The notes beneath the pieces are model-generated. The model saw only the letters and a program-made list of their open reading frames with translations. It ran no database searches and was not told the origin of the DNA. Made by a program: the position numbers and the translations under genes. From positions 96,178-160,177 of the IMG/VR virus record IMGVR_UViG_3300037067_007633: 64,000 nt of DNA, one strand, 5' to 3'. Positions 20,069-29,592 of the stretch are shown here, one piece after another. The stretch comes from a virus. Its lineage: Duplodnaviria; Caudoviricetes. Each line of letters opens with the position of its first letter. Within the stretch, counting starts at the first letter, position 1.

Positions 20069-21651
20069 TGTTTAATGATATATCCTTGTCTTCCTCTTGC
20101 TTTTTCTAATTGAATTAACGCCGTGTTTCCTGGATATAAAATAGCCTTCATTTCAACCCATTGGTTTGGAAAACATATAATATTCTCTATTGCTGATGTT
20201 CCGTCTGATATTACTAAAAACGCCATTTTTTGTCCATTTTTTGTTGTTATTTCTCTGGCGGCAAAAATCTCCACAGCAACTACAATATATCCACTTTTCC
20301 CATCCACTACTTCTTTACATGTACAAGTAGCTGATATTGAATTATTGCACCCATCAACTTTACTGCATGATATTGGGGCTCCTAAATATTCTTTCTCTGT
20401 CCACGAAATCCAATCTGGAGTATCATTTAGTAAATGTGGGGGGTTGTTAAGTGAAGAGACAAAAGACAACAGTTTCTCTTTACGCTTTATTATACAACCA
20501 TTTTCAGAACAGTCAAGTATAGAATCTTTTAAATTTTTATCTTTGTGTTCTTGAATATATTTTTTCTCTTTTGGTGTTAATTTATTCCAAATATCAAACT
20601 CAAAGAGCATGATATTACGATTTAACAAGAAATAATCTAAAGCCCCAGATGAAATAAATGCGGTGTTTGGTCTAGACCCAATATTATCACTAAAGAATAT
20701 TAAATAATCTAGCCATACCCAATCCTTTATTTTCTTCCCTATTAATATTTCCGCTTTAATTCGTGCTTCTATTATTTTATTTAAAGAAGATTCTCCAACA
20801 TTTTTAAGATTTGAAATTCCAAATCTAATATATTTATTATCAACTATATGAATATTAAGTTTTTCAGATCTAAAATCTGGAACCATAACACTAATATCTT
20901 GTTGTTTAGCGTCTGTTACTAATTCAAATATTTCCTCGTGTGGTTTTTGTTTGGATTTGGCAAATTGTAAATAGGAACAGTAAAATTGTAGGGGAAAATG
21001 GGCTTTACAATAGGCGGAATAATAGGCGTCGATTGCATAACAAACGGCGTGACTTTTATTGAAGCTGTAACGCTGACTTTCTTGTATCCATCCAAATATT
21101 TCTTCAGCTTTTTTATCATCAACAATTCCTGTCTTTTTACATCCTTCTAAAAATTCAATCTTAACTTTTGCCATTACTTCTGGTAGCTTTTTTCCAATAG
21201 CTTTTCTGAGTGAATCCCCCTGTTCGAGGGAGAAGCCGGCAATCTCTTTAGCAATTAAAATGGCGTTCTCTTGATACACCATGATCTGATATGTATCTTT
21301 AAGAATAACATCTAAAGATGGATGTAAAGATTCAACTTTTTCAATACCATTTTTTCTATCACAATATCTAGCAGTCATGCTTTTAGGTGGACTACCAGAG
21401 AGGGATTTCAAACACCCCGGACGGAGGATACTAACTAAAGCTGCTAGGTGTTCTATGTTCTCTGGCTTCAACTTATTTGCCCACACTTTTCCTAATGGAC
21501 TTTCAAGTTGGAAAACTCCCTTTGTTCTTCCGCTTGATAATAAATCCCATGTCTTTTTACATGTAAGTGGAATATTATCAAAATCCAATAGAATATGACC
21601 CTTTTCATCTAATTGAAATTCACAACCACAATCTAATAACTTTGTTGTCAT
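20053..21651 (-). CDS. dnaE: DNA polymerase III alpha, C-terminal part (fingers, HhH, OB)
   Basis: GVFQLES, LRPG, VYQE, LRKAIGKK, YSFNKSHA, FGISNLKNVG, KMAFL. Confidence 0.93.
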   Translation of the reverse strand: MTTKLLDCGCEFQLDEKGHILLDFDNIPLTCKKTWDLLSSGRTKGVFQLESPLGKVWANKLKPENIEHLAALVSILRPGCLKSLSGSPPKSMTARYCDRKNGIEKVESLHPSLDVILKDTYQIMVYQENAILIAKEIAGFSLEQGDSLRKAIGKKLPEVMAKVKIEFLEGCKKTGIVDDKKAEEIFGWIQESQRYSFNKSHAVCYAIDAYYSAYCKAHFPLQFYCSYLQFAKSKQKPHEEIFELVTDAKQQDISVMVPDFRSEKLNIHIVDNKYIRFGISNLKNVGESSLNKIIEARIKAEILIGKKIKDWVWLDYLIFFSDNIGSRPNTAFISSGALDYFLLNRNIMLFEFDIWNKLTPKEKKYIQEHKDKNLKDSILDCSENGCIIKRKEKLLSFVSSLNNPPHLLNDTPDWISWTEKEYLGAPISCSKVDGCNNSISATCTCKEVVDGKSGYIVVAVEIFAAREITTKNGQKMAFLVISDGTSAIENIICFPNQWVEMKAILYPGNTALIQLEKARGRQGYIIKQCFQI

Positions 21652-21917
21652 ATTATTTTAGTCAATTCAATTAAACATTGTTTGCATATATGTGTTCCAG
21701 TTTCATCATTTAGAAGCAAACACGGTTTTATTATATTTTTAAAAAATTCTTGATAAATTCTACTATATTCCTTATATTTTTCTTCTGTATAATCACCGAC
21801 CCAATCGTTTTTGGTATAAATATGAGAAACAAGTTTGTTGAATTCTTTAGTGTATTTTGGATCATAACAAAAATCACAAATATCGTCTTCTACAATCAAA
21901 TCATTTTTTATATTCAT
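21648..21917 (-). CDS. Hypothetical Zn-finger protein
   Basis: CDFC...ICKQC. Confidence 0.55.
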   Translation of the reverse strand: MNIKNDLIVEDDICDFCYDPKYTKEFNKLVSHIYTKNDWVGDYTEEKYKEYSRIYQEFFKNIIKPCLLLNDETGTHICKQCLIELTKII

Positions 21918-22141
21918 ATTTTCAAATATCCTAAATTAATAAGGATTTTAATTCCAGTAGGAGTTATAAAATTCCATCCATTTACTTGTTTGACATATCG
22001 ACATTTTACCAAATTGTTTCTTGCGGACTTTGAGATTAAATTTCCATCCCATGTGACTTTAGTTAATTGTATTAATTGTTCTATGTTATTTTTTAATATA
22101 TATTCTGCTACTATTTGGTTTGCTAACTTTTTATTATCCAT
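21914..22141 (-). CDS. Hypothetical protein (winged-helix-like)
   Basis: WDGNLISKSAR..LV...ITPTG. Confidence 0.5.
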   Translation of the reverse strand: MDNKKLANQIVAEYILKNNIEQLIQLTKVTWDGNLISKSARNNLVKCRYVKQVNGWNFITPTGIKILINLGYLKI

Positions 22142-22145
22142 TATA

Positions 22146-22397
22146 TTATTCCTTCCATTCTAAAGATGTTTTTCCGGTTTTGCTATCTACTACGTAATGC
22201 ATAACATCATTATTAACCAAAAAATTATTAAAACCATGCATATCTGCCATTACAATAAAAAGAAACATTGTACAACACAAAAGAATTAAAGTAATAAATA
22301 TTGAGAAACGAATTTTGTCATTAAAATATAAGCTGAGTAATGTTAAGTGAATTAAAAATAGAGACGTAATAGCAATACTCGCACATAACAAAGTCAT
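22146..22397 (-). CDS. Small two-TM membrane protein
   Basis: Two hydrophobic segments. Confidence 0.55.
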   Translation of the reverse strand: MTLLCASIAITSLFLIHLTLLSLYFNDKIRFSIFITLILLCCTMFLFIVMADMHGFNNFLVNNDVMHYVVDSKTGKTSLEWKE

Positions 22398-23077
22398 TAT
22401 TTTTCCTCCTTATTTCGTAGACAATTTTTAAATTGTAATCTTGCAGTTCCAGTTTCTTCTCGTGTTTTTGTGAGATACCTTGATGCTGTAAATAGTTTTA
22501 CTAACATTTGATGACACATTTTACAATCAAAAAGTGCATCGTGTGAATTTTCTAGGGTCGCTGTACTCATTCCCATATATTCTAATACTATAGATAATTT
22601 TAATTTAGGTAATTCTGGATTATTTTCATTCCAATATAACATTAAATAATAAAGATCAAAGAAATTTACTTGATTAAATAATTTTTGTCTACCAGATTTA
22701 GCATCCCAAGGTCCAAATCTTTCACAGAACCTAGAAATTATAGGTAAATCAAACCCTAAAATATTATATCCAGACATTATTGGAGCAGTATATGTGGAAT
22801 TACCACGATTATATTTCCCAACCCAAGCACAAAATTGTTGAAAAACAAGTTTGATATCAGGAGCATTGTCTAATATTTCATGATTAAGTTTATTTACAGC
22901 TAACGCTCCAGGTTCAACAGTGTCCCAATTTTCTGGTTTTATGTAAGAACAAAACCCATCTTTGATTTCTAAAGTTCTAGGATCTAACATTAAACCAGCT
23001 ATCTGTAAAATTTGTGCTGTTGAAATGCTAGCACTCGAAGTTTCAATATCCACAATGCAAATATGATTGTAATTCAC
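22397..23077 (-). CDS. DEDDh 3'-5' exonuclease (DnaQ/epsilon-like)
   Basis: VDIETS, GYNILGFD, HDALFD. Confidence 0.9.
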   Translation of the reverse strand: MNYNHICIVDIETSSASISTAQILQIAGLMLDPRTLEIKDGFCSYIKPENWDTVEPGALAVNKLNHEILDNAPDIKLVFQQFCAWVGKYNRGNSTYTAPIMSGYNILGFDLPIISRFCERFGPWDAKSGRQKLFNQVNFFDLYYLMLYWNENNPELPKLKLSIVLEYMGMSTATLENSHDALFDCKMCHQMLVKLFTASRYLTKTREETGTARLQFKNCLRNKEEK

Positions 23078-23283
23078 TTTTGATCTCCATTGTTTAATTT
23101 ATCCATAGCGTCTGCAATTCTACGAAGTTGTTCAGAAGTAAAATATCCATCTAAACACGATATAGTTTTGTCTAATGAAAAATATTGTTGTTCTCTAATA
23201 TCAGATAATTCTTCATTTAATTCTATATTATTTTCCATTTTGATTTCCTTATTCATAATTGTTAACCAATCTACAAACTTCAT
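23074..23283 (-). CDS. Hypothetical protein
   Basis: ORF packed in operon. Confidence 0.45.
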   Translation of the reverse strand: MKFVDWLTIMNKEIKMENNIELNEELSDIREQQYFSLDKTISCLDGYFTSEQLRRIADAMDKLNNGDQK

Positions 23284-25155
23284 GTAATTTATCTAGTAAT
23301 GATATACCAAGTATATCCAATTTTATTACTCCAAGTGCCTCCAAATCTTTAAATTCCATATCACATATTAAAGATTCGGTTCCCTTATCATAAGCCATAG
23401 GACAAAGTTCGTTTAACGGAATGTGAGAGATAGCTATTCCAGAAGCATGGCGGCTTTTATTACGTCTCGTTCCTTCTAAACGTATTGATTGGGAAAACTT
23501 TTTACACAAAGGTCCATCAAGTTCCCCATCTTCTCTAATAAAACACCATTGTTTTAATTCTTCTTTATGATTTTCTAGTGCCCATTGCACTATCGAGGCA
23601 TCACCAGTTTCTTCACGCATTTCTTGTAATTGATCAATTATTTCAGCTTCGTCTGGAATATATTGACTTATTAAGTTCATTTCTTCAAACGATATTCCGC
23701 CATGTACCCTTAGCACATCTTTGATCGTTGAACGCCCTTGCATTCTACTAAACGTACTAATCTGTGCTACCTTATCTTTTCCAAACTTTTCTTTAATATA
23801 AGAAATAATATTATCTCTAAAGTCTGATTCAAAATCCATATCAATATCAGGTAAAGATATATTATCTTTTGTATTTCTTCCTTTATTGTAAAATCTTGAA
23901 AATAGTAAATTGTATTGTAATGGATCAGCTTTTGTAATACCAAGCAAATATAGTATTAATGATCCCCCAGCACTTCCACGCCCTACTCCAGTTAATTTAT
24001 TATTTCTTCTTACATAGTTAATAATATCATAAACAATAAGAAAATAATCTTCTAATCCAACCTCTTTTAATATTTGGTATTCCTCATTAAATCTATCAAC
24101 ATATTCTTTAATAGGAATTCCAGTAGACTCAATTTTACTTTTAAGTTTTTTCCAACCCTCCCTACATAGTTTTCTTAAATACTCAATAGAAGAGGAACCA
24201 TCGGGGGTAATATATTTGGGTAATTGGGGTTGGTTGGTAATGTCATATTCCTCACAAAGTTCGGAAATTTTAACAGTGTTATCTAATTCCTCTTTGGTGT
24301 GAATTAGTTGCATTTCTTCGTTAGAAGGAATATGGTAAGAATCAGATATAAAAAATTGTTTTAACGCAATATCTTCCCCATTTAATTGTTTTTTCTGCAA
24401 TTCTTGAAAAGTTGTTTGTAAACTAGAACATAAAACCACCCTTTGATCTTCCGCATCTTCCCTACGGCAATAATGGGCATCTGGAGTAGCCACAAGTGGT
24501 ATATTATATTTCCTCCCAATTCCCCTCATTATTTCCGCTATCTGTTTTGCTTTTGGATTCTTATCTTGGTCAATTAATTGGACTTCAAGGAAAAAGTTTT
24601 CCTTTCCAAATGTGTCCCACAAATCATTAATAAGAGATAGGCAATTAAGTTCGTAAGCATCCTTTAAAGTGTCATCATCGTTGAAAATCCTGGAAGTAAA
24701 TAGGGAACCTAAATGTCCGCAAATAGCTATGATATTTCCCCTATTAATTTTCGCTATTTCCACTAGATTTAATCTTGGCTTATAATAGAAGTTTTCCGGC
24801 TTATTTGACGTGCTAACAATCTTTATTAAATCTTTCCAACCCTCTTTATTCTTCGCAAGAAGAACAATGTGTTGAAGTTTACGTTGTTGTTTTAACTTAG
24901 GATCTTCCTCACAACAATACGCTTCAATTCCCAAGATGGGTTTTATCTTAGCTTTTTTCATTTCCTTGAAGAAACTTACAGCACCAGAAATATTTCCATG
25001 GTCTGTTATGGCACACGAGGTCATTCCTAATTCTTTACAGCGTTTTGCAATATCTTTAGGTTTAGATATGCCATCCAACAAACTATAGGTAGTCCACACC
25101 ACCCTTAAGTATGGACGTGAGTGGGTATATACAATGATTTATTCTCTACGTCCAT
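23249..25155 (-). CDS. dnaE: DNA polymerase III alpha, N-terminal part (PHP + palm); frame interrupted by 17-nt insert at 25091-25107
   Basis: MDVENKSLYIPTHVHT (25155-25108) + TYSLLDG...TDHG...DAH...GRGSAGGS...PDIDMDF...HASG...KLDILG; removing 17 nt restores HVHTTYSLLDG. Confidence 0.9.
25091..25116 (-). promoter_or_regulatory. Candidate programmed translational bypass element (take-off ACT, stop TAA, 17-nt gap, landing ACT, hairpin)
   Basis: mRNA CAU ACU UAA GGGUGGUGUGG ACU ACC UAU; stem GUCCAUAC/GUGUGGAC. Confidence 0.65.
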
Positions 25156-26201
25156 AATTTTAGGTGGTCCTCCTTTCCAGCTACTAATGCTGCTAAAAAT
25201 TTATAATATTGCATATCTAAATTTTTCCTTGATTGATTGACAGTTTTATGAACCCATTGTAGATTGTTTTCAACATATTCTAAATTATTATCTATGCGAT
25301 CTAATGATGCTGTATTTATACATTTTATATATTCTTGAGAATTGTTTGGTAATATAATTTTTTGTCCTGTTATAGCACAACACCCATTTTGTTTTATAAA
25401 TAATTCTAAAGCATATTCTTTATCAATTTCAAAATTAATTTTCCGTTTTTTAGCATTATATATAATATCTTTCCAAAAACTTTTATATATAATTAAATTA
25501 TTGGTGTTAACACTATTTTGTTCTATTAGCGGATTTTGTATTAATTTACATAAATTGATAAAATCTTTTATTGATAATGAAGCTTTTATTTTGTTTATAT
25601 CTTTATGTAACCACTGAACATTATCTAAAGAATATCCTAAAGAACTATCTTTTCTATCTAATGAAGCTGTTTTAAAATTTTGTTCTAATGATATTGGTAA
25701 ATCACTTAAAGCACATTCATTATTTTGTTTTTCAAATAAATCCCAAGCTTCCTTTATAGTAATATTAAAATTTATATTTCTATTTTTAGCACAACATTTT
25801 ATACTAGACCATAAATTTCCACTTATACCACCGTGCCCCTTCCATAAATGATTTTCTATGCCGTATTTATATGTACATTTACCACAAGATTTTACATTAC
25901 CATTTTTTAATAAAGATACATGAACATTTCTTTTTTTGCCACATTCACATTCACACTCCCAAATTGTTGTACCATTTTTACTTTTACCAACTTTTTTTAT
26001 TACAGTAAGTTTATTAAATTTTTGTCCAGCGACATCTAAAGCAGAACCAAAATCTATTCTAGGTATATTATATTTATCTATGTAATTATATATAGTGTGT
26101 ACAGTAGCACCAACCATTTTAGCAATATAATATGGTCCCTTTTTATTTTTAGTATATTCTTCTTCTAAAAATTCTTTAGTTAATATTTTATCAAACTTCA
26201 T
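25146..26201 (-). mobile_element. Free-standing homing endonuclease with two tandem His-Me-finger-like (HNH-type) domains
   Basis: GQKFNKLTVI..WECECECG..KSCG domain; repeated SLDR.D...Y...N.QW.HK..N; GGAG RBS favours ATG 26201 over 26216. Confidence 0.8.
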
Positions 26202-26219
26202 TTGATTAATCTCCATGAT

Positions 26220-26256
26220 AATGTAATGGTAATATTTACATATACACCACTACATT
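26220..26256 (-). promoter_or_regulatory. Hairpin containing TGGTGTATA motif upstream of endonuclease RBS
   Basis: AATGTAGTGGT pairs with ACCATTACATT (11 bp, one G-U). Confidence 0.5.
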
Positions 26257-26266
26257 GGCATATAAT

Positions 26267-26452
26267 TTATTCTCTACAAAAATTAACTAACTTTTCAAAA
26301 TCCCAAAATACTTCTGACCAACAATCAGAAAAATTTTCCGTACATACTTCTTCCCACCAATACTTTTCTTTACAGTTTGGGCATTCTCCATATTCCCATT
26401 CTTTAGCTTCAAATTCCGTATTACAAAAAGGGCATATAATATCTATCATCAT
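26267..26452 (-). CDS. Zn-ribbon protein
   Basis: CPFC...CPNC. Confidence 0.65.
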   Translation of the reverse strand: MMIDIICPFCNTEFEAKEWEYGECPNCKEKYWWEEVCTENFSDCWSEVFWDFEKLVNFCRE

Positions 26453-26901
26453 ATTTTAATATATTTAGTATTTGGTTTTATATTTTTGTCGAAGACAACT
26501 ATTGCTGATGGAAAAGGAGCGGGAACTTTTGATTGGGAAAATTTTAATCTCCCCTTAATAAATCTAATTTCCCCCTTAATACAATATTCGTGCCACCATT
26601 TAGTATCTACTCTAGCGGGAATTAGAAATACACAGACGGTTCCTTTTAGAGATTCTTTATATCCTTTTTGTATAAACTTCCCTATTAATCTTCCATATGG
26701 AGGATTACAAAATACTACTTTATATTTTGACCAATCTTGAATTAATGAGTTATCATCTTTGGTGTAAAAATTATCACATAAGTTGTTCTCTGTGGTTGCG
26801 GCTGCATCTAATTCAAAGCAAAATTCCGCGTGTAATATGTCAAAAATATGTGGTGGAGTTTCCCATTCATTTGATTTAGAACTTAATAATGAATTATTCA
26901 T
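26449..26901 (-). CDS. Phage N6-adenine DNA methyltransferase
   Basis: EWETP, ELDAAA, VFCNPPY, LIPARVDT, IRFIKGRLKF, APFPS. Confidence 0.92.
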   Translation of the reverse strand: MNNSLLSSKSNEWETPPHIFDILHAEFCFELDAAATTENNLCDNFYTKDDNSLIQDWSKYKVVFCNPPYGRLIGKFIQKGYKESLKGTVCVFLIPARVDTKWWHEYCIKGEIRFIKGRLKFSQSKVPAPFPSAIVVFDKNIKPNTKYIKI

Positions 26902-27323
26902 ATTGTTGAAACTTTTTCTGCAACTTTAAGAACTGCTAATAATTTTTTGTCAAAATTCAAACTTCTAAACTTATATTTGTTTAAAAATTTTATAAGTAAT
27001 TCTTCTGAATTTGTATAAAAATTTAGTTTATGTGGTGGTTCACCATTAATATATGATTTTCCTAATATTAAACTTTCTATAAAAGATGTTGAATTACCCA
27101 TTATTGTTATATTACCTTTTGCATAATTCGGAATTACACCAACTGGAAATATTCTGTATTTTGGAGCATTATCATAATCATATAGAGTATGAATTAATAT
27201 TGTTGCATCACAATCTTTTGTCCATTCTAAAACTTTAGATATTGTTTTATTTTCTTCTACAATATTTTTTCTTTGTTCTTTAAGTTTTAAGATTTCTTCA
27301 TCAATTTCTTTAATTGTTTTCAT
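26898..27323 (-). CDS. Hypothetical protein
   Basis: ORF packed in operon. Confidence 0.5.
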   Translation of the reverse strand: MKTIKEIDEEILKLKEQRKNIVEENKTISKVLEWTKDCDATILIHTLYDYDNAPKYRIFPVGVIPNYAKGNITIMGNSTSFIESLILGKSYINGEPPHKLNFYTNSEELLIKFLNKYKFRSLNFDKKLLAVLKVAEKVSTI

Positions 27324-27808
27324 TTTATTGTTTCTTCCTCTATTTTTACATTAGAAAACGATTGATAATATCCGCCATACCACATTAAATACCAATCTGA
27401 TTCAAAAGTGTTTTGATTATATAAATATTTTGATACTATTTTATAAGCCATTTTATCAACACCTTCTTCAGTATATTTTTCATAATTTCTATGTTGTTTC
27501 CAATGTATTAATTCGTGAGTAATTGTATGTAAAACATATGGAATATTATCCCTAGCCGCAACAACTATGCATATTTTATGTTGTTTATTATAAGCACTTC
27601 CATGAGTAGTAAAAAATCCACCTATAGAATATTTGCGACAATCACGAAATTTTAATAATGGATATGTATGTTTACTTAGTGTCGCAGTGTTAACAAAATA
27701 TAACCCTAAATCTCCCTTAATATTAAAATAAGATTCACAATATTTTAAAAATTTTCCTATTTTTCTTTGAAGTGTTATATCAACATATTTTTCTATATAT
27801 ACATTCAC
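27320..27808 (-). CDS. Putative zincin-like metallopeptidase domain protein
   Basis: TITHELIHWKQ (HExxH) followed by E. Confidence 0.6.
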   Translation of the reverse strand: MNVYIEKYVDITLQRKIGKFLKYCESYFNIKGDLGLYFVNTATLSKHTYPLLKFRDCRKYSIGGFFTTHGSAYNKQHKICIVVAARDNIPYVLHTITHELIHWKQHRNYEKYTEEGVDKMAYKIVSKYLYNQNTFESDWYLMWYGGYYQSFSNVKIEEETIK

Positions 27809-27810
27809 TT

Positions 27811-28782
27811 TTATGCCCCAGGGTTTTGATAATAACTTACACTATGACCTGATACTGTTTCTTCTTCAATTGTTTTTTCAATACCATCTTTCTTAATTTT
27901 TTCGTGTATTCTTTTACAATCCCCACTACGGGAGTAGCTACATACGGATTTACAAAACCAATGCTTTCCCCCACCTTTCAAAGTTGGATTTTTACAACCT
28001 TTAATATCCTCAAATGTTTTCTTCAACATCAACTTGGTGTCTCCAACATCATTATTACTTAAAGGTATCGTAAACGGTCCCCCATCATTACAATAAAATA
28101 TTGTTGGGAAAAACTGCTTAACGTGTGGATATAATCTCATCATAGCCATATGGTAAATTCTAAGTTGTGGATCAACCATAAATTTATCAACAGTTTTTTC
28201 TTCACCTGTTGACCAACTTATTCTTCGTCCAGTTTTCCAATCTATTCCCTCATAAATCCCCTCTCTAACTTGCGTTATTAAGTCTATGGTTCCTTTTAGT
28301 CTTAGTTGTCCTAAATCATTCTCTCCATAGTCATATTGTGCCCATCTATCTTCTACTTCAAAGTTAAACGGTGCCTCCACTTCAACAATAACCCTTTTAC
28401 GAGGATCAAATAAACCATTGTTAAAGTTAAGTGTTTTGTATACCCATTCTCCAATATTTTTTAAATCCGCATTTGTAAAAACATGGTCGGATTTATCTTT
28501 ATAATGTATAAAAACTTCCCCTATAATTCTTCCTATTAATTCTGGATTGAACATTTCGGAAGCTTGTACTTTACCGCAAATATCATCATCATAAATAGAT
28601 AGGTTGTTTTGTAGTGTTTTTTTGCATTGTGCGAGAATTTCTAAAACTTTATGGGTCATTGTGCCCAAAATAGCCTTGCGTCCAGTCTTTTGGGGGATGC
28701 CTAATACGTAATTAAGAGTATATTGCATTTCGCATAAATCAAAACAATTTAAACTAGAACTACGAATATAAGTAATTTTCAT
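27811..28782 (-). CDS. Cas4/RecB-like PD-(D/E)xK exonuclease
   Basis: SSLNCFDLC, GTMTH, KGTIDL, IDWKTG, QLRIY, C-terminal CKSVC..C. Confidence 0.85.
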   Translation of the reverse strand: MKITYIRSSSLNCFDLCEMQYTLNYVLGIPQKTGRKAILGTMTHKVLEILAQCKKTLQNNLSIYDDDICGKVQASEMFNPELIGRIIGEVFIHYKDKSDHVFTNADLKNIGEWVYKTLNFNNGLFDPRKRVIVEVEAPFNFEVEDRWAQYDYGENDLGQLRLKGTIDLITQVREGIYEGIDWKTGRRISWSTGEEKTVDKFMVDPQLRIYHMAMMRLYPHVKQFFPTIFYCNDGGPFTIPLSNNDVGDTKLMLKKTFEDIKGCKNPTLKGGGKHWFCKSVCSYSRSGDCKRIHEKIKKDGIEKTIEEETVSGHSVSYYQNPGA

Positions 28783-29592
28783 TTAGTTTTTGTACCATTC
28801 CCATTCTATTAATTTTTTCATAATAGCCTCACTCTGTTCAACAATCGTCATATTAGAGTTATCAATTATGGCATCGAATTTTGTTTGATCAAAGTTTGAT
28901 GGATCTAATGCTGTTTCACTAATATGATTATCTTCAATTGGTTTTCTTAATAATTTTATGACTTTAGCACCAATCTCTTTAGATAATAATACTTCGTTGT
29001 CGAATCTACAATCTGTAATTATAGCTAACGCTGGATTATCGTCCTTAATTTTCTTTAAAGTAGCCAAAACCCAGCAATCACTATACATTTTACGACAAAT
29101 GTTTGTTCCAAAGAATTGTAATAATTCGCGGGCAGATAAATATCCTGGTAAGTGTCCTGTTAATTTATCCGAAAATCTTGGTGGAACTTTAATTTCGGCG
29201 TCTACAATAGTAGGCATATCTTCCCACTTTAACTTCGTTAAAGAGTTTTTATCTTCATCAGACCCATAACATTGAGCATAGCTCAATCCAAACACATTAA
29301 TACAAAACTTTTTAAGTTCGTCAGCATAACTATATGGTTTAATAAAAGGATATAAAGTTTCTTCGAGAAATTTTTGTTTAGTTGGAGATTGATCATCTAA
29401 ATCTAAAACGCCAAATTTGTATTCAGATTCTCCTTTGTCGTTTTTAAATTCTGCTTTAACTACAATTTTTCCAAATTCATTTACATATGCATCGTAACCT
29501 AAATTACAAAGCTCATTTATGATTAATACGTTAGCTGCGGAATTTTTTCCAGAATTTTTACGACCAGAAAATACTAATATATGATTATTCAT
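28783..29592 (-). CDS. Deoxynucleoside monophosphate kinase
   Basis: SGRKNSGK, YADELK, RELLQFFGT, ITDCRFDNE, HISE. Confidence 0.88.
   Translation of the reverse strand: MNNHILVFSGRKNSGKNSAANVLIINELCNLGYDAYVNEFGKIVVKAEFKNDKGESEYKFGVLDLDDQSPTKQKFLEETLYPFIKPYSYADELKKFCINVFGLSYAQCYGSDEDKNSLTKLKWEDMPTIVDAEIKVPPRFSDKLTGHLPGYLSARELLQFFGTNICRKMYSDCWVLATLKKIKDDNPALAIITDCRFDNEVLLSKEIGAKVIKLLRKPIEDNHISETALDPSNFDQTKFDAIIDNSNMTIVEQSEAIMKKLIEWEWYKN

Noticed and set aside
21651-23249. Split intein joining the two dnaE halves
   Set aside because: No intein block A after the N-half and no HN-C/S/T block G before the C-half
25091-26260. Group I intron containing the endonuclease and interrupting dnaE
   Set aside because: Only about 50 nt of non-coding sequence on each side, no recognisable ribozyme core, and the full HVHT-coding segment lies downstream of the endonuclease
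27811-28782. Cas4 as evidence of a CRISPR-Cas locus
   Set aside because: Solo Cas4/RecB-like nucleases are common in phage replication modules; no cas1/cas2 or array nearby
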